Assembly: GCF_006345805.1 (NCBI RefSeq)
Contig: NC_043024.1
Location: forward strand, 19,220,001-19,284,000
From: Octopus sinensis
Lineage: Eukaryota
Direction: 5' to 3'
DNA: 64,000 bases
In this document: piece by piece, positions 62,286 to 64,000 of the stretch
How positions within the stretch are numbered: position 1 is the stretch's first letter
How the letters are laid out: every line of letters begins with the position of its first letter
Position numbers and translations under genes: made by a program
The notes under the pieces: generated by a model
The model's database searches: none
What the model was told of the DNA's origin: nothing
Seen by the model: only the letters and a program-made list of their open reading frames with translations

Positions 62286-62421
62286 AAAGAACAGAGTAAC
62301 AGTCCAGACAGGTGTGTTGTGTGTCGTTCAATATACTTCTCTCGTTTACTCGCAAAGAAGAAAACACGGTGCTTTTCCAGATAGGTGTGAAGTCTGTTTA
62401 TTCCAACAGTAAAACTCAAGA
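62286..62421 (-). CDS. Candidate 136-nt exon (LSFTVGINRLHTYLEKHRVFFFASKREKYIERHTTHLSGLLLCS)
   Basis: Acceptor attattacag, consensus donor GTAAGT, one open frame, CpGs retained. Confidence 0.35.
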
Positions 62422-62462
62422 CTGTAATAATGATAATAATAATAATAATAATAATAACAATA

Positions 62463-62498
<36 letters not shown>

Positions 62499-62735
62499 TA
62501 ATAATAAAATAATAATAATAATAATAAAATAATAATAATAATATAATAATGATAATAATAATAATAATATAATAATAATAATAATGATAATAAAATAATA
62601 ATAATAATAACAATAATAATGATAATAATATAATAATAATAATAATAATAATTAATAATAATAATGTAAACTAAAAATTGAGACGCCTTGTGAAATTTCT
62701 CATGAGTTCCAGTACTTTGAATTCTGCTGGCAAGT

Positions 62736-63715
62736 GATCTGTTTCTTTACTACCCACAAGGGGCTAAACACAGAGGGGACAAACAAGGACAGACAAAGGG
62801 ATTAAGTCGATTACATCGACTCCAGTGCATAACTGGTACTTTATTTATCAACCTCCGAAAGGATGAAAAGCAAAGTTGAACTCAGTAGAATTTGAACTCA
62901 GAATGTAATGACAGATGAAATACCTATTTCTTTACTACCCACAAGGGGCTAAACACAGAGAAGACAAAGAAGGACAGACAAATGGATCAAGTCAATTATA
63001 TCAACCCCAGTGCATAACTGATACTTAATTTATCGACCCCTGAAAGGATGAAAAGCAAAGTCGACCTCGGCGGAATTTGAACTCAGAACGTAACGGCAGA
63101 CGAAATACCTATTTCTTTATTACCCACAAGGGGCTAAACACAGAGGGGACAAAGAAGGACAGACAAACGAATTAAGTCGATTACATCGACCCCAGTGCAT
63201 AACTGGTACTTAATTTATCGACCCCGAACGGATGAAAGACAAAGTCGACCTTGGCGGAATTTGAACTTAGAACGTAACAGCAGACGAAATGCCTATTTCT
63301 TTACTACCCACAAGAGTCTAAGCACAGAGAGGACAAACAAGGACAGACAAATGGATCAAGTCGATTATATCGACCCCAGTGCATAACTGGTACTTAATTT
63401 ATTGACTCCGAAAGGATGAAAGGCAAAGTCAACCTCGACGGAATTGAACTCAGAACGTAACGGCAGATGAAATACCTATTTCTTTACAGGGGCTAAGCAC
63501 AGAGAGGACAAAGAAGGATAGACAAATGGATTAAGTTGATTACATCGACCCCAGTGCGTAACTGGTACTTAATTTATCGAACCCCGAACGGATGAAAGGC
63601 AAAGTCGACCTCGGCAGAATTTGAACTCAGAACGTAACAACAGGCAAAATACAGCTACGCATTTCGCCCAGCATGCTAACCATTCTGCCAGTTTGCCACC
63701 TTCTGCTGGCAAGTG
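62736..63715 (-). mobile_element. SINE family B with one head and five tandem ~185-bp body units
   Basis: AAGGGGCTAA marker near 62759, 62943, 63128, 63313, 63487; head at ~63640-63715. Confidence 0.9.
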
Positions 63716-64000
63716 ATCTCCACAACAGATGACAAACTGGAAGAATCCCTTCAATCATGCGATATAAACTCTAAAAGCAATCAAAGTGTGCACATATGTG
63801 CGGGAGATGGGATTATTCTTACAGACAGTTCTTCAGGTTATGTAGAATAGACAGCATAGGAAGATGAAAATCTCTTTAATAATTCTTAATAAGAACAACA
63901 AGAATAAATAAATGGCAGCATAAAATTCTTAATGACTTCAATAATGGAATATAATGAGAGCAGTTTAAAGTTTAAGTGGTTTTATAATTATGATTATCCT

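Noticed and set aside
110-62613. Long low-complexity ORFs (MCHIY, poly-H/I/S/D/T/V/CV, up to 360 aa)
   Set aside because: They coincide with microsatellites, are open in several frames on both strands, and lack splice or domain support.
12831-63715. tRNA genes suggested by A/B boxes
   Set aside because: All are SINE heads continuing into body and tail sequence; none forms a complete cloverleaf.

Overview
AT-rich eukaryotic genomic DNA, almost entirely repetitive. The extreme di-/tri-/tetranucleotide microsatellite density and the tRNA-derived SINE families point to a coleoid cephalopod, probably Octopus (inference from recognised repeat types, not a database match). No protein-coding gene can be named. 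Nearly all supplied ORFs are translations of microsatellites, SINEs or a 62-bp VNTR, and only a few low-confidence candidate exons remain (minus strand, near 2.6-2.9, 24.3-24.6, 28.4 and 62.0-62.4 kb). The window holds at least four SINE families (about 40 copies or fragments), decayed RTE-LINE fragments, mariner and Tc1 remnants, a piggyBac-type MITE, several foldback elements, a Helentron-like element and several recent local tandem duplications. The main result is a set of type I hammerhead-ribozyme (HHR) motifs, most with a palindromic stem III (the form that cleaves as a dimer), sitting in Penelope-like or retrozyme-like non-autonomous elements. Two of these elements, at 11.3-11.8 kb (217-bp foldback) and 52.0-52.6 kb (357-bp partial tandem), are diverged members of one structured-RNA family. 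They share the HHR, two covarying hairpins, a CCTGGGGCTA motif and the same 3' end.
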